DNA of 64,000 nucleotides. Source: Dehalococcoidia bacterium (GTDB lineage Bacteria; Chloroflexota; Dehalococcoidia; Lucifugimonadales; UBA3495). Positions 1-9,904 of the stretch are shown piece by piece (the first letter of the stretch is position 1; the number at the start of each line of letters is the position of its first letter). The stretch is from contig JAKUNL010000001.1 in assembly GCA_022451925.1 (NCBI GenBank), forward strand, positions 141,157 to 205,156. The letters are read 5' to 3'. Position numbers and translations under genes: made by a program. A model generated the notes under the pieces. The model was not told where the DNA came from and made no database searches. It saw nothing but the letters and a program-made list of their open reading frames with translations.

Positions 1-1109
1 AGAGTCATGTGGGACTCATCCACAAACATTAAGTAGTCTTTCGGAAAATAGTCCAACAGTGTCCATGGGGCACTTCCGGCAGGACGCTGAGAAAGGTGAC
101 GGGCATAGTTTTCCACTCCCGAGCAGAATCCAGTCTCCTGAAGCATTTCAAGGTCATAGTGAGTCCGGCTCTCCAGTCGTGCAGCCTCAAGTATTTTCCC
201 TGCTGCTTTCAGTTCCTGTAACCGCACAATCAGTTCTTCTCTAATCCCGTTTACTGCTAAGTCAAGCTTCTCTTTCGAGGTGACAAAATGGTTTGCCGGG
301 TAGATTGAAACCTGGGTTAGATCATCAAGCAGTTCACCAGTCAGTGGGTCAAGCCTAACTATGCGTTCTACATCGTCGCCGAAGAACTGGATGCGTACTG
401 CCGCCTCTTCGTAAGCAGGAACCAATTCTAGTGTGTCCCCTCTGATGCGGAACTTGGCTCGGGACAGATCCATATCGTTGCGTTCGTATTGCATATCCAC
501 TAATTGTCGAACCAACTGTGTGCGGCTCCTAGTCTCTCCGACTTTGATCTGGGCTACCAAGTTGAAATAATCATTAGGGTCGCCAAGACCGTAGATACAC
601 GAAACGGAAGCTACAATCAGAACATCACGTCGGGTCAACAACGACGTTGTGGATGATAGCCGGAGCTTGTCCAATTCCTCGTTCACGCTGGAGTCTTTTT
701 CTATATAGGTATCTGACTGGGGGACATAGGCCTCAGGCTGGTAATAATCATAATATGAAACAAAGTACTCTACTGCGTTATGTGGGAAAAACTCTTTGAA
801 CTCTGAGGCAAGTTGGGCGGCTAAAGTTTTGTTGTGAGCCATCACCAACGTGGGGCGCTGGACCTGCTGAACGATATTGGCCATAGTAAAGGTCTTACCA
901 CTTCCGGTAACACCTAACATGGTCTGCCGAGAAGCGCCTTTTTCCACGCCTTCGGAAAGTCGAGCAACGGCAGCTGGTTGATCACCCGTCATCGCAAATT
1001 CAGAAACTAATTCAAACCTTCTGTCTTCGGGCTGGATGTTTGAATTCCAAGTCTTCTTTATGTATTTACCAGCATCATCCGATTTTTCTTCGCGTGAGTA
1101 GGTGGCCAT
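1..1109 (-). CDS. uvrB: Excinuclease ABC subunit B, 5' part (runs off the window start; absent from the ORF track)
   Basis: Manual translation from ATG at 1109: MATYSREEK...TGDQPAAV...[13 protein letters not shown]...[10 protein letters not shown]...[17 protein letters not shown]...VDESHMT; Walker A and UvrB signature motifs. Confidence 0.97.
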   Translation of the reverse strand, partial: MATYSREEKSDDAGKYIKKTWNSNIQPEDRRFELVSEFAMTGDQPAAVARLSEGVEKGASRQTMLGVTGSGKTFTMANIVQQVQRPTLVMAHNKTLAAQLASEFKEFFPHNAVEYFVSYYDYYQPEAYVPQSDTYIEKDSSVNEELDKLRLSSTTSLLTRRDVLIVASVSCIYGLGDPNDYFNLVAQIKVGETRSRTQLVRQLVDMQYERNDMDLSRAKFRIRGDTLELVPAYEEAAVRIQFFGDDVERIVRLDPLTGELLDDLTQVSIYPANHFVTSKEKLDLAVNGIREELIVRLQELKAAGKILEAARLESRTHYDLEMLQETGFCSGVENYARHLSQRPAGSAPWTLLDYFPKDYLMFVDESHMT

Positions 1110-1244
1110 ATCCTAGCGATTCCATTTGTCTATAATTAGTAAAGCTAGTATATAAGCAGATTCGGCGAGACGCACGTTTGGGGTGTTGAGATCCCTCACT
1201 ACTCTAAAGCTATACCATTTCCAAAATCGGACGTTTAGTTCCTA

Positions 1245-1826
1245 TCACCGATTTGCGAATTGCTGTAGTGCAACTCGAATGCGATCGTCCACTTCGGTCT
1301 CTGCCATTACTGCCGGCGCTCCCGCAGCTGCCCGGGCCTCAGCGGGAGAATAACCCAAAGCCGTTAGCGCAGAAATCACCTGGCCATCAGTGCCTTCAAA
1401 CGTCCCAATATCAGCAAACTCTGCATTTTCAAGCTTATCTTTCAGGTCCAACACGATCCGATTGGCCGTACGGTTCCCCACTCCTTGAGCCGATGTCAGA
1501 GCCGCGACATCTCCAGTGACTATGGCCGTCTGTAGCCTGGCCGTATCCAGACTGGAAAGTAAGGCAAGAGCAGTCCTTGGCCCGACTCCCGAAACAGCAG
1601 TGAGCATCTCAAACAAACCCAAGGCGGCAGCGTCAGTAAATCCGAATAGTACTGGCTCGTCATCCCGAATACGGAGGTGTGTATGTAGGCTGACCGGCGA
1701 GCCAACGGGGCCCAGTCCTCCAACAGAATTCGCCGGTATTGAAACACTTAAGGTTACTCCGCCAACACGGATGTGTACCCAATCGGTACCGGTCGATTCC
1801 AGAGTCCCATGTATGCCTACTATCAT
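1245..1826 (-). CDS. ruvA: Holliday junction branch migration protein RuvA
   Basis: HhH motifs VSGVGPRTALALLS and GVGNRTANRIVLDLKDK; C-terminal ALTALGYS. Confidence 0.95.
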   Translation of the reverse strand: MIVGIHGTLESTGTDWVHIRVGGVTLSVSIPANSVGGLGPVGSPVSLHTHLRIRDDEPVLFGFTDAAALGLFEMLTAVSGVGPRTALALLSSLDTARLQTAIVTGDVAALTSAQGVGNRTANRIVLDLKDKLENAEFADIGTFEGTDGQVISALTALGYSPAEARAAAGAPAVMAETEVDDRIRVALQQFANR

Positions 1827-1870
1827 TTACCCGCCTTTCAAAGTCCGTGCGTGGTCTATACTGCCATGTG

Positions 1871-2389
1871 TCAGCGTTCTTGTCCGGGTATGATGATTCG
1901 ATCCAAAGCCGAATCTGACTGTTGTTGGATTAAGTGGCAGAGTCCTACAGCTAGGGCATCAGCTGCATCAGAAGCTGGAATTTCATCAAGTCGCAAAGTT
2001 GCAAAAACGATTTGACGCATTTGCTCTTTTGTGGCTGCCCCATAATCGGCCACGGCGCTTTTTACCTGGGCGGGAGTGTATTTATAGATAGGGATCCCCT
2101 GACTTGCAGCTCCGATGAACACTGCTGCTTGAGCCTGTCCGACAGCCAAAGCAGAAGTAGGGAATGCGCGTTCACCCTTACCCATGAATGGCTGTTCCAC
2201 GGCAACTGCATTAGGATGAAATATGGCGATAAGGTTAAGGATATGTGTGTGGAGTTGATAAAGCCGTTGTTCCAACGGCATCTTCCTGGGTAGAGCAATC
2301 ACACCGTAGTCATCGGCATGAGGTCCTTCGCCAATCACAGCGTACCCCATCTTGAGCGTCCCTGGGTCAATCCCTAATATTCCCATCAC
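1871..2389 (-). CDS. ruvC: Crossover junction endodeoxyribonuclease RuvC
   Basis: ILGIDPG, AVEQ, YTPAQVKSAV...GAATKEQM, DAADALAVGLCH. Confidence 0.96.
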   Translation of the reverse strand: MMGILGIDPGTLKMGYAVIGEGPHADDYGVIALPRKMPLEQRLYQLHTHILNLIAIFHPNAVAVEQPFMGKGERAFPTSALAVGQAQAAVFIGAASQGIPIYKYTPAQVKSAVADYGAATKEQMRQIVFATLRLDEIPASDAADALAVGLCHLIQQQSDSALDRIIIPGQER

Positions 2390-2454
2390 ACACCGCCAGT
2401 CTGGTATCCAAGTTCAGCACTACACTCAGGTCAAATCGTCTAATTGAGTGCCAA

Positions 2455-3216
2455 CTACGCCGACTGGTAACGGTCCAATACCTCAGAGGAGAAATCTGCG
2501 TTGGTGTAGGCCTTCTGCACGTCGTCCAAGTCCTCCAATGTGTCCAAAAGGCGGAGAGTTTGTTCCGCCTGTTTATCGTCCAGGGCAATAGTGGTCTTGG
2601 GAACCATGGAAAATTGTCCGGCTTCTGGTGGAACTCCTTCATCTGCCAATACCTTTTGCACATTTTGCAGTTGGTCAATAGCGGTGACGATCTCCAGATA
2701 CTCATCTTCGAACTTCACATCGTCTGCACCGGCATCGATAGCAATCATACTTAGTTCTTCCCCGCGTTCGATGTCCTTCATCTCCAAGCCAATCACGCCC
2801 AAATGGTCAAAGTTCCAAGCGACACATCCGCTCTCACCAAGGTTACCCCCACCTCGACTGAAGGCAGACCGGACGTCAGAAGCAGTGCGGTTACGGTTTG
2901 TAGTCAAAGCTTGGAGTAATATGGCTCCACCTCCAGGACCGTAACCTTCATATGTAATCTCCTCCAATACTTCGCCGTCGTTACTCTCTCCGGAGCCCCG
3001 TTTCACGGCCCTGGAGATACTGTCTTGAGGCATGTTGGCGGATTTCGCCTTTTCCAGTACCAGGCGCAAGTGGAAATTCATATCTGGATCTGGCCCACCG
3101 CCATTCTTGACAGCAACAGCCAGTTCACGACTGATTTTGGTAAATAACACACCACGTTTGGCGTCCGCCGCGCCCTTCTGATGTTTAATAGTTGACCATT
3201 TAGAGTGACCTGACAT
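2455..3216 (-). CDS. yebC: YebC/PmpR family protein
   Basis: MSGHSKWSTIKHQKG, YEGYGPGG, LEDLDDVQKAYTN; usual position upstream of ruvC. Confidence 0.96.
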   Translation of the reverse strand: MSGHSKWSTIKHQKGAADAKRGVLFTKISRELAVAVKNGGGPDPDMNFHLRLVLEKAKSANMPQDSISRAVKRGSGESNDGEVLEEITYEGYGPGGGAILLQALTTNRNRTASDVRSAFSRGGGNLGESGCVAWNFDHLGVIGLEMKDIERGEELSMIAIDAGADDVKFEDEYLEIVTAIDQLQNVQKVLADEGVPPEAGQFSMVPKTTIALDDKQAEQTLRLLDTLEDLDDVQKAYTNADFSSEVLDRYQSA

Positions 3217-3369
3217 TTCACATTCCTCCTGGAAACCTCGACGATCGATAAGCAGAACAATTCTTCCACGGGCATCTGGACGTTTAAGATATATCTAATT
3301 GTTAGGCATCAAGCTCATTCCTATCAGACTCGATTCTAGCATCAGCCCGAAGCGAGGGTCAAAGAGATT

Positions 3370-3921
3370 TCAGCGCAGACCTTCGGGTAAATCCACAACC
3401 ATCAAACCTGTATCTATGTCAATTTCGCGTACAACGGTTCTTAAGGCAGGCACTAAAAGGTTTTTATCGCCACCAGTTATCACGTAGACGTCATTGGCAC
3501 CGGTTTCTAATATCTCAGCAAGTTCGCCGAGATCCTCCCCGTCAACGGTTCGCACCAAAAGACCGAGAAGCTGGTAGTGGAAATACTCGCCTTCATCTGC
3601 TATAGGAACCTCAGATTCTGTGACACATAGCCAGTATCCGGTCAGTCTAATCGCCAGATCCCGATCGAATAAATCTTCAAAACCAATGATCAGTTCAACA
3701 GAACCTTTACTAACTGTGGACCGGCTCTTGGAAATCTGGTAGGTCTGATCTTCAGCCACTACCCCATCCTTAGAGAGCATTAGGATTCTACCTTCATCGA
3801 AACGCCCAAGCACGTCACTAATGGGTCTAACACGAATCTCTCCAGCACGACCATGGGCACCAAGAATTCGGCCAACAGATATTAGGTCGTTCGCGGGCGG
3901 ATTGGATGGATAATCAGACAT
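3370..3921 (-). CDS. rimM: 16S rRNA processing protein RimM
   Basis: VGRILGAHGRAGEIRV, GEYFHYQLLGL, ETGANDVYVI, LLVPAL; follows rpsP-khpA. Confidence 0.95.
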   Translation of the reverse strand: MSDYPSNPPANDLISVGRILGAHGRAGEIRVRPISDVLGRFDEGRILMLSKDGVVAEDQTYQISKSRSTVSKGSVELIIGFEDLFDRDLAIRLTGYWLCVTESEVPIADEGEYFHYQLLGLLVRTVDGEDLGELAEILETGANDVYVITGGDKNLLVPALRTVVREIDIDTGLMVVDLPEGLR

Positions 3922-3969
3922 CGTGGAGTCCGAGAGATGGTGAAATCCCAGACAGCGGAGGAGAGTAAG

Positions 3970-4197
3970 TTATACGATTTCCAAGACGGCTTGGCTACCG
4001 TCTTTCACTGCGGCTACCCGTAAGAGCACTCGAATTGCCTGAGCCACACGACCCTGGCGCCCAATAACTTTTCCTTTGTCTTCATCGGCGACCTGCAGAC
4101 GAAAAATGATACGTCCATCCTCTACGGACTCGGTTACCACCACCGCGTCAGGGTCGCTGGCGAGTGATCGGGCTATGTACTCAATCAATTCTTTCAT
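3970..4197 (-). CDS. khpA: KH-domain RNA-binding protein (KhpA/YlqC)
   Basis: MKELIEYIARSL...DKGKVIGRQGRVAQAIR; between rpsP and rimM. Confidence 0.93.
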   Translation of the reverse strand: MKELIEYIARSLASDPDAVVVTESVEDGRIIFRLQVADEDKGKVIGRQGRVAQAIRVLLRVAAVKDGSQAVLEIV

Positions 4198-4251
4198 AGG
4201 GTATTTAAAATCTGAGGGAAACTGTTTTGGACAATGAGGGGGCAGGAGCTG

Positions 4252-4659
4252 TTATTCAGCAGGCGCCTCTCCATTGCCGGATTCTTCTACGGCCTGCGCT
4301 TCTTCTACTTCAGTTTCCTCTGATGGACCATCATCTGTTGGTGCCACGACCGCGGCAGGCGCTCCGCCACTGGATGTGTCAGCGTTCTTCTTCGTGGCAG
4401 TCTTCTGGGTCTGTGTCCGCTCTATTAAACCATTTTGATCCATGATCCTAGCCACGGCGTCAGACGGAACAGCTCCCATACTAAGCCAATGAGAAGCACG
4501 TTCATTTTTTAATGTCACTAAAGGTGGGTCTGCCATCGGATCGTAGTTGCCAATCCATTCCAGATAAGAACCATCTCGTGGCGCGGTAATATCCGCTACT
4601 ACAATTCTGTAAGAAGGTCGGCCTTTCTTGCCGACTCTAGCGAGGCGAATCCGAATCAT
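4252..4659 (-). CDS. rpsP: 30S ribosomal protein S16 with acidic low-complexity C-terminal extension
   Basis: IRIRLARVGKKGRPSYRIVVAD...PRDG...IGNYDP...WLSMGAVPSD. Confidence 0.97.
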   Translation of the reverse strand: MIRIRLARVGKKGRPSYRIVVADITAPRDGSYLEWIGNYDPMADPPLVTLKNERASHWLSMGAVPSDAVARIMDQNGLIERTQTQKTATKKNADTSSGGAPAAVVAPTDDGPSEETEVEEAQAVEESGNGEAPAE

Positions 4660-4709
4660 TTAACTCTCTATTCTCCTGGGTACCGTCATTGCAGCACCCG
4701 TGCGTGGCG

Positions 4710-4738
4710 ATTTTACGGCGAGGTCGGTTTATTGTCAA
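4710..4738 (-). promoter_or_regulatory. Sigma70-type promoter of rpsP-khpA-rimM
   Basis: Minus strand TTGACA-17 nt-TAAAAT. Confidence 0.75.
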
Positions 4739-4842
4739 ACAAGCGACGCCTAAATCCTGGCTAAAATATGAATGACCGGCGTATGGAAGCAATCAGTTGC
4801 CACTTAATAGCAAAGCGCGACTTTGCCGGTTCTCAGATAATT

Positions 4843-4905
4843 AAAAATGGCCGGGCCCGTCTTTTTTTCTGATGAATTCGCCAGACAAAAAGACGGGCCC
4901 GGCCA
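4843..4905 (-). terminator. Intrinsic terminator (19-bp perfect inverted repeat followed by a U-run on the minus strand)
   Basis: TGGCCGGGCCCGTCTTTTT (4848-4866) / AAAAAGACGGGCCCGGCCA (4887-4905); A5 at 4843-4847 reads as U5 on the minus strand. Confidence 0.75.
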
Positions 4906-4948
4906 ACTCTGGGTTATTGTGCTCGCCCTTAGGTACAAACCGGGGTCA

Positions 4949-5098
4949 AGGGGCGATGGTAGACATTGGCCTGGGCCCGACGTACGGGATAACTTATTTC
5001 GAGCTGTCCGCTACGAAACAATCACCTCGTCGTGTCCAGACTGATGCCTACCATCGCCCCTGCGTATTAAACTATCATCCATATACCTTCACCTCCTT
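4949..5098 (-). other. Small-ORF/long-hairpin element 1: SD AAGGAGGTGA, 23-aa ORF (5082-5011, MDDSLIRRGDGRHQSGHDEVIVS) embedded in a long fold-back hairpin
   Basis: Perfect SD at 5098-5089, ATG at 5082, TAG at 5013-5011; 14-bp perfect inverted repeat 4949-4962/5048-5061 extended by imperfect pairing up to an apex just after the stop codon. Confidence 0.6.
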
Positions 5099-5125
5099 CA
5101 AAAATTCCCGCTAAGCGGTTAAGGT

Positions 5126-5155
5126 ATTCTAACAATAGGGATTTTTCAGTGTCAA
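5126..5155 (-). promoter_or_regulatory. Strong sigma70-type promoter driving element 1
   Basis: Minus strand TTGACA-18 nt-TAGAAT with TGn extended -10. Confidence 0.75.
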
Positions 5156-5240
5156 TAGAATTTCTCCGTTATAGCGTGGTTTTTATCTCGTGTTAACCGG
5201 GGTTGAGGCGTTAAAAAGTTGGCTCAGGGTTATTTATTCA

Positions 5241-6179
5241 ATGCGTATAGTTTTCATGGGAACTCCATCCTTCGCAGTCCCGGTACTCACCAATTTAACG
5301 AGTATAAGCGATAGCCAGGTCGTCGGCGTTTACACACCCCCGGACCGTCCATCCGGACGCGGCCGTCGATCTCAATCCTCGCCGGTCAAAGAGTACGCTC
5401 TTAAACACGGCCTGCAAATTTTCCAACCAAATAATTTTCGATCTCCAGACATACAGAATCAGTTAGCAGAATTAAGACCTGACGTAATCGTCGTCGCCGC
5501 ATATGGGAAACTACTTCCCAAACCAATTCTTGATCTGGCACCCTTGGGCTGCCTCAACATCCACCCATCTATACTCCCGAGGTACCGAGGCCCGTCTCCT
5601 GTGGCCACATGCCTTTTGAGTGGCGACCTGATTACAGGAGTCACCATTATGCTGTTGGACGACGGTATGGATACAGGAGCACTCATTGCCCAGCATGAAT
5701 ACTTCTTAAAAGGTGATGAGACAGCCGAACGACTGACAGTAGAATTGTTCGAACTCGGCGGAGAGTTGTTAAAAGAGACCCTGCCCAAGTGGCAGTCGGG
5801 AGAATTGTTATCAGAACCCCAAGATGAGTCTAAAGCTTCTGTCACTAAAAAATTCGAGCGGTCAGACGGCCTAGCTGACTGGTCGTTAAGTGCGACAGAA
5901 CTCGAACGCCGAGCGAGAGCGTTCACACCCTGGCCAGGGCTATTTACGAACTGGAATAATAGTATTCTCAAGATTATTGAAGTTTCCACAATTCATTCGT
6001 CGTCAACAGAATTTGTGCCAGGAACTGTAGTTGGAACCAATCACCGTGATGTCGCAGCAGCGGTAGCAACAAGCGAGGGATTTCTGGGACTGCACAAAGT
6101 CCAGATCGAAGGAAAGCGAGCACTAGACGCCAGAGCTTTCCTGAACGGTTCACCGTCTTTCATTGGCTCACAATTGTAG
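5241..6179 (+). CDS. fmt: Methionyl-tRNA formyltransferase
   Basis: MRIVFMGTPSFA, VVAAYGKLLP, CLNIHPSILPRYRGPSP, GMDTG, RAFTPWPG; start moved to ATG 5241. Confidence 0.96.
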   Translation: MRIVFMGTPSFAVPVLTNLTSISDSQVVGVYTPPDRPSGRGRRSQSSPVKEYALKHGLQIFQPNNFRSPDIQNQLAELRPDVIVVAAYGKLLPKPILDLAPLGCLNIHPSILPRYRGPSPVATCLLSGDLITGVTIMLLDDGMDTGALIAQHEYFLKGDETAERLTVELFELGGELLKETLPKWQSGELLSEPQDESKASVTKKFERSDGLADWSLSATELERRARAFTPWPGLFTNWNNSILKIIEVSTIHSSSTEFVPGTVVGTNHRDVAAAVATSEGFLGLHKVQIEGKRALDARAFLNGSPSFIGSQL

Positions 6180-6262
6180 TAATTAACCAAAATCACGCCC
6201 CAAGCATTGTTATCTCATTTCACCCAGCAAATTTAAGAGACGCAGACAAACGAGGAAAACCA

Positions 6263-7222
6263 ATGACACAGCCAAATACTCGACAAATACCCGATGAGGC
6301 CCAGGTGTTGGACTGGATGGAATCTCTCAGCAACTGGGGCCGATGGGGTGAAGACGACCAACTTGGGTGTTTGAACCTGATTACTCAGAAAAAACGGATA
6401 CAGGCCGCAGCTTTGGTCCAAGACGGTATTCCGGTAAGTTGTGCCCGCCCTATCAGCACTGACATGAACGCCGATGTCACGTTCCAGGTTCAACGGTTTA
6501 TGGTGGACAGTGGTGAAGGTCGGATGGAAGATTCACCAGAGCGTCAGTACACTCGACGAGGCGCTGCTGAGTTCATTGGCATGGTCTTCCACGGACAGAG
6601 CATCACCCATATCGACGCTATGTCCCACTATTCTTGGAAAGGAAACCTGTACAATGGCAAGCCCGCAAATTTGATCACATCGCGACAGGGCGCACAGACT
6701 CACTCCATCGAAGCTGCCTACTCAGGAATAATCACTAAAGGTATCCTGCTGGACCTGCCAAAACTCAGGGGCGTGGAGTATCTGGATCCGAACGAGCCAG
6801 TGATGCCATTGGATTTGCTGGAAGCGGAGGAGGCCCAAGGGGTCAAGATAGAAGAGGGTGACATACTCCTCGTACGAACCGGCAACTACAAAATGAGGCT
6901 CGCTAATCCGCCAGCTCAATCAGGTGAGCCCATGACTGCCTGTCAGGTAGCATGCACTCCATTATTCAAAGAGCGCGGTATCGCTATGCTAGGGACTGAT
7001 ACATCCAATGATTTCAGACCGTCCCATTACAGTACTGTTGGTTCTCCGTTGCACACAATGTGTCTCGTAACAATGGGTCTGTGGTTGATAGACAACGCGA
7101 ATCTGGAAGAACTTTCAGAAGCCTGCGCCCGTAGGAACCGCTACGAGTTCATGCTTACCCTCGCACCACTGAGACTGCGCAACGTAACTGGTTCTCCGGT
7201 AAGCCCTATCGCGTTATTCTAA
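6263..7222 (+). CDS. Cyclase family protein (kynurenine formamidase-like metal hydrolase)
   Basis: NWGRWGEDDQLGCLN, HGQSITHIDAMSH, GDILLVRTG, C-terminal TGSPVSPIALF. Confidence 0.88.
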   Translation: MTQPNTRQIPDEAQVLDWMESLSNWGRWGEDDQLGCLNLITQKKRIQAAALVQDGIPVSCARPISTDMNADVTFQVQRFMVDSGEGRMEDSPERQYTRRGAAEFIGMVFHGQSITHIDAMSHYSWKGNLYNGKPANLITSRQGAQTHSIEAAYSGIITKGILLDLPKLRGVEYLDPNEPVMPLDLLEAEEAQGVKIEEGDILLVRTGNYKMRLANPPAQSGEPMTACQVACTPLFKERGIAMLGTDTSNDFRPSHYSTVGSPLHTMCLVTMGLWLIDNANLEELSEACARRNRYEFMLTLAPLRLRNVTGSPVSPIALF

Positions 7223-7302
7223 TGACTACGCGGTACTCACAGACACGAGGAGTCGAGAGTGAATCCAAGCCCCTTTTTGCGTTTTGTGGTGCCTGCCATC
7301 GA

Positions 7303-8601
7303 CTACTTCAAGACAGGTATGAACCGTTTCAGTATGATTGAGGAAAATGATGTGCTCAACAGAATGACCCCAAAAGTCAGCATAGTAATAGACGGGGCCA
7401 CAAACCCATCAGTCAACTGAGAACCGAAAGATACCAGAATATCCGTCCCTAAGTCGGTCACCGCCGGTGGAACATCGGAAACCCTGTCTGCACTGGTCTC
7501 CCAAGCGTCGGACAACGCTTCCGGGACTTTGGATTGAGCTATCTTTCCAACCGCGAAGAAAAACCCACCGGTGATGATAAGGGTGGTTCCTGGCCAACGT
7601 AACATTCCACTCAAGGTTGGAAAGAATATCAGTCCCATGATAGCAGTCCCACCAATCACCATAACCAATGAAGTCATATCTCCAAAGTTACTGGCCTTGG
7701 ATATCCAGTCTCGTCCACCAGCCAGATCTGCCCTGAGCTGCGACTCAGTGCGGTCGCCATCCCACTCTACTATCTGACTTATCAAATCGAACTGGCCTGT
7801 CCCTGTCAAGTTCTCTCGAACGCCATCAATGGCCGTATCAATCTTAGGTTCAGCCAACAATCGAGCAGAAACCTTTAGGACCTGAATCGTGTCTCCATTT
7901 TCAAATGGCGCACGCAGGTCCTCTTTACTGTTCTCGAGAATCGCGGATGTTGACTCGTTCAAACCAGCCCCGTCAATCAAACTGCCATAGGCCAGCTCGA
8001 AAATAATCACACGACAGACTGGCTTAATCTCTTCCAATGAGGGCGCCGATTTGGGAACAACACCTCCCGCTAACTGATCGAACATAACTCTGAAGGTGTC
8101 GGCAACACTTTGTGCAGCATTAAGAGAACAACCGCTAAAGTCAGAATCTTCCACTTCTAATTCGAGTATTCGTTTATCGATATAATTGATCATTACCGGT
8201 TTGACGTTATTTAACGGTAGGTTCAGGTCGATATACAGTCCCAAATTTTCCGCATCTTCGTTAAAGTAGTCGACTGTTCGCCCAATTGCGCCTTCAACCT
8301 CAGATTGGATGTATTCCGGCGGCATAATTTCCCGGAGGAGCTCAACGACTTCTTGATGGCTTGCAATCTGGATATCGCCGAGTAATCGTCCCGTGGTTTG
8401 TTCCAATTCGCCATCCAGTAAGACGTCGTTGTAGATACGATTGTAAGTGTCCTCTGATTCTAAAGTGTTGGTATAGAAATCTGCGCTAAGGAGTTTACCG
8501 GCAACATTGTTCACAATTAGGTAAGAGAGAAAACCGACAAAGATAATTACAAAAAGCACCAATGCGACAAAAGCTCGGAATAGAGGAATTAAACAGCCCA
8601 T
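7303..8601 (-). CDS. Hypothetical membrane protein (one N-terminal TM helix, large acidic domain, about three C-terminal TM helices)
   Basis: 432-aa ORF; hydropathy pattern only, no recognisable family motif. Confidence 0.75.
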   Translation of the reverse strand: MGCLIPLFRAFVALVLFVIIFVGFLSYLIVNNVAGKLLSADFYTNTLESEDTYNRIYNDVLLDGELEQTTGRLLGDIQIASHQEVVELLREIMPPEYIQSEVEGAIGRTVDYFNEDAENLGLYIDLNLPLNNVKPVMINYIDKRILELEVEDSDFSGCSLNAAQSVADTFRVMFDQLAGGVVPKSAPSLEEIKPVCRVIIFELAYGSLIDGAGLNESTSAILENSKEDLRAPFENGDTIQVLKVSARLLAEPKIDTAIDGVRENLTGTGQFDLISQIVEWDGDRTESQLRADLAGGRDWISKASNFGDMTSLVMVIGGTAIMGLIFFPTLSGMLRWPGTTLIITGGFFFAVGKIAQSKVPEALSDAWETSADRVSDVPPAVTDLGTDILVSFGSQLTDGFVAPSITMLTFGVILLSTSFSSIILKRFIPVLK

Positions 8602-8784
8602 GTCAATTTACTAACCGATAGATAGACCCGGTACCCGGATGACTCCGGTGCATTCAATGTGGCTAATAATAAGTTATTTAGCATGTGGGAGCCTTAGAGC
8701 TTATTAATCAACTGCAAAATCGGATGAGAATACAAAGGCCAGATTCATTCAATCTCGAAGTGTTTACCGAAATTATCAGGTGGT

Positions 8785-9633
8785 CTAGAAATTGGGTTTG
8801 ATGTCCTGCAGGCGTCTGATTCGTTCTGCCATGGGAGGGTGGGTCGAAAAAATCTTGGACATACTGGCTCCGCTCAGTGGATTCACTATGAAGAGATGAG
8901 AAGCTCCCTCAGCAACCTTCATCGGACGTGTTTGAGAAGCCCTCTCCAATTTTTGAAGAGCGCTAGCCAGGGCCAACGGATCTCCAGACGTATGGGCTCC
9001 AGTGGCGTCTGCCTGGTACTCCCTCGTGCGAGAAATTGCCGCACGAACCACTCCGGCGGCCAAGGGCATGACAAAGGCCACTAGCAACAATCCTATGATG
9101 TTGCCTCCCCCACCCCGGCGTCCACCCATACCCCCGAACATGGCAGAAATCTGAGCAAACATTGCCAGCATGGAAATCGCGCCTGCAATAGTAGCCACCA
9201 TAGCCATAATTAAGGTGTCCCGGTTGCCGACATGTGCCATTTCATGGGCTAGGACACCACCCAATTCCTGTTTGTTAAGTATCCGTCGAATCCCGGTCGT
9301 CACTGCCACAGTGGCATGATTGGGGTTTCGGCCAGTGGCAAAGGCGTTAGGCGATTCAGACTCAATCTCAAAGACCTGCGGCATTGGCAACCCAGCCAAT
9401 GACGCCTGCTCGCGTACTATGCTATAAAGCTCTGGATCGTCAGATTCCGTGACAGCAGTAGCGTGGGTCATCTTCAAAGCTATCCGGTCAGAGAACCAAT
9501 AGGCTCCAAAGTTCATAGCAATGGCAATGATCAGGGCAATTATAATACCGCCAATACCTCCCAACATTGCACCCACCAACAGTAACAATGCCGACATAGT
9601 TATCATCAAAAAGAATGTTTTTACTGTGTTCAT
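8785..9633 (-). CDS. htpX: Zinc metalloprotease HtpX (M48)
   Basis: PNAFATGRNP, VLAHEMAH (HExxH), SRTREYQAD, FSTHPP. Confidence 0.96.
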   Translation of the reverse strand: MNTVKTFFLMITMSALLLLVGAMLGGIGGIIIALIIAIAMNFGAYWFSDRIALKMTHATAVTESDDPELYSIVREQASLAGLPMPQVFEIESESPNAFATGRNPNHATVAVTTGIRRILNKQELGGVLAHEMAHVGNRDTLIMAMVATIAGAISMLAMFAQISAMFGGMGGRRGGGGNIIGLLLVAFVMPLAAGVVRAAISRTREYQADATGAHTSGDPLALASALQKLERASQTRPMKVAEGASHLFIVNPLSGASMSKIFSTHPPMAERIRRLQDIKPNF

Positions 9634-9807
9634 TTTAAATTAGACCTCTTGAATAAGACCCCTTCAATATACGACATATGACCAAACATCATTATTTGAC
9701 GGTTGTCGAGTCTCCTTATTGAATCGCTTGTAACCTTTTCTACAATTGTAGCATTTTGAACGTTGAGTATTATGTTAAAACTCTTGCCTGGCCAGTCTCG
9801 GTTTCAA

Positions 9808-9836
9808 TTGACACTCGGAGGGCTGAGTGATATGTT
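9808..9836 (+). promoter_or_regulatory. Putative promoter of etfBA
   Basis: TTGACA-17 nt-TATGTT. Confidence 0.6.
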
Positions 9837-9904
9837 TCACAAAGGGCTAGGCAGACTCGTTTCCGGACTATTGATGGGCGGCCCGCGGCGACATTAGGAG
9901 AGCT

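Noticed and set aside
4962-4971. 10-mer GACATTGGCC shared by elements 1 and 2
   Set aside because: It also occurs inside sbcD (about 25052) and occupies different structural positions in the two elements; probably chance.
4847-5114. Plus-strand ORFs 4847-5044 and 4872-5114 from the track
   Set aside because: They run through terminator and hairpin sequence and lack an SD; promoter, SD and terminator all point to the minus strand.
4900-5120. SRP RNA or tmRNA as the identity of element 1
   Set aside because: No SRP domain IV signature (CAGG...GNRA...AGCAG) and no tRNA-like ends; 6S is not excluded but the closing stem is weak.
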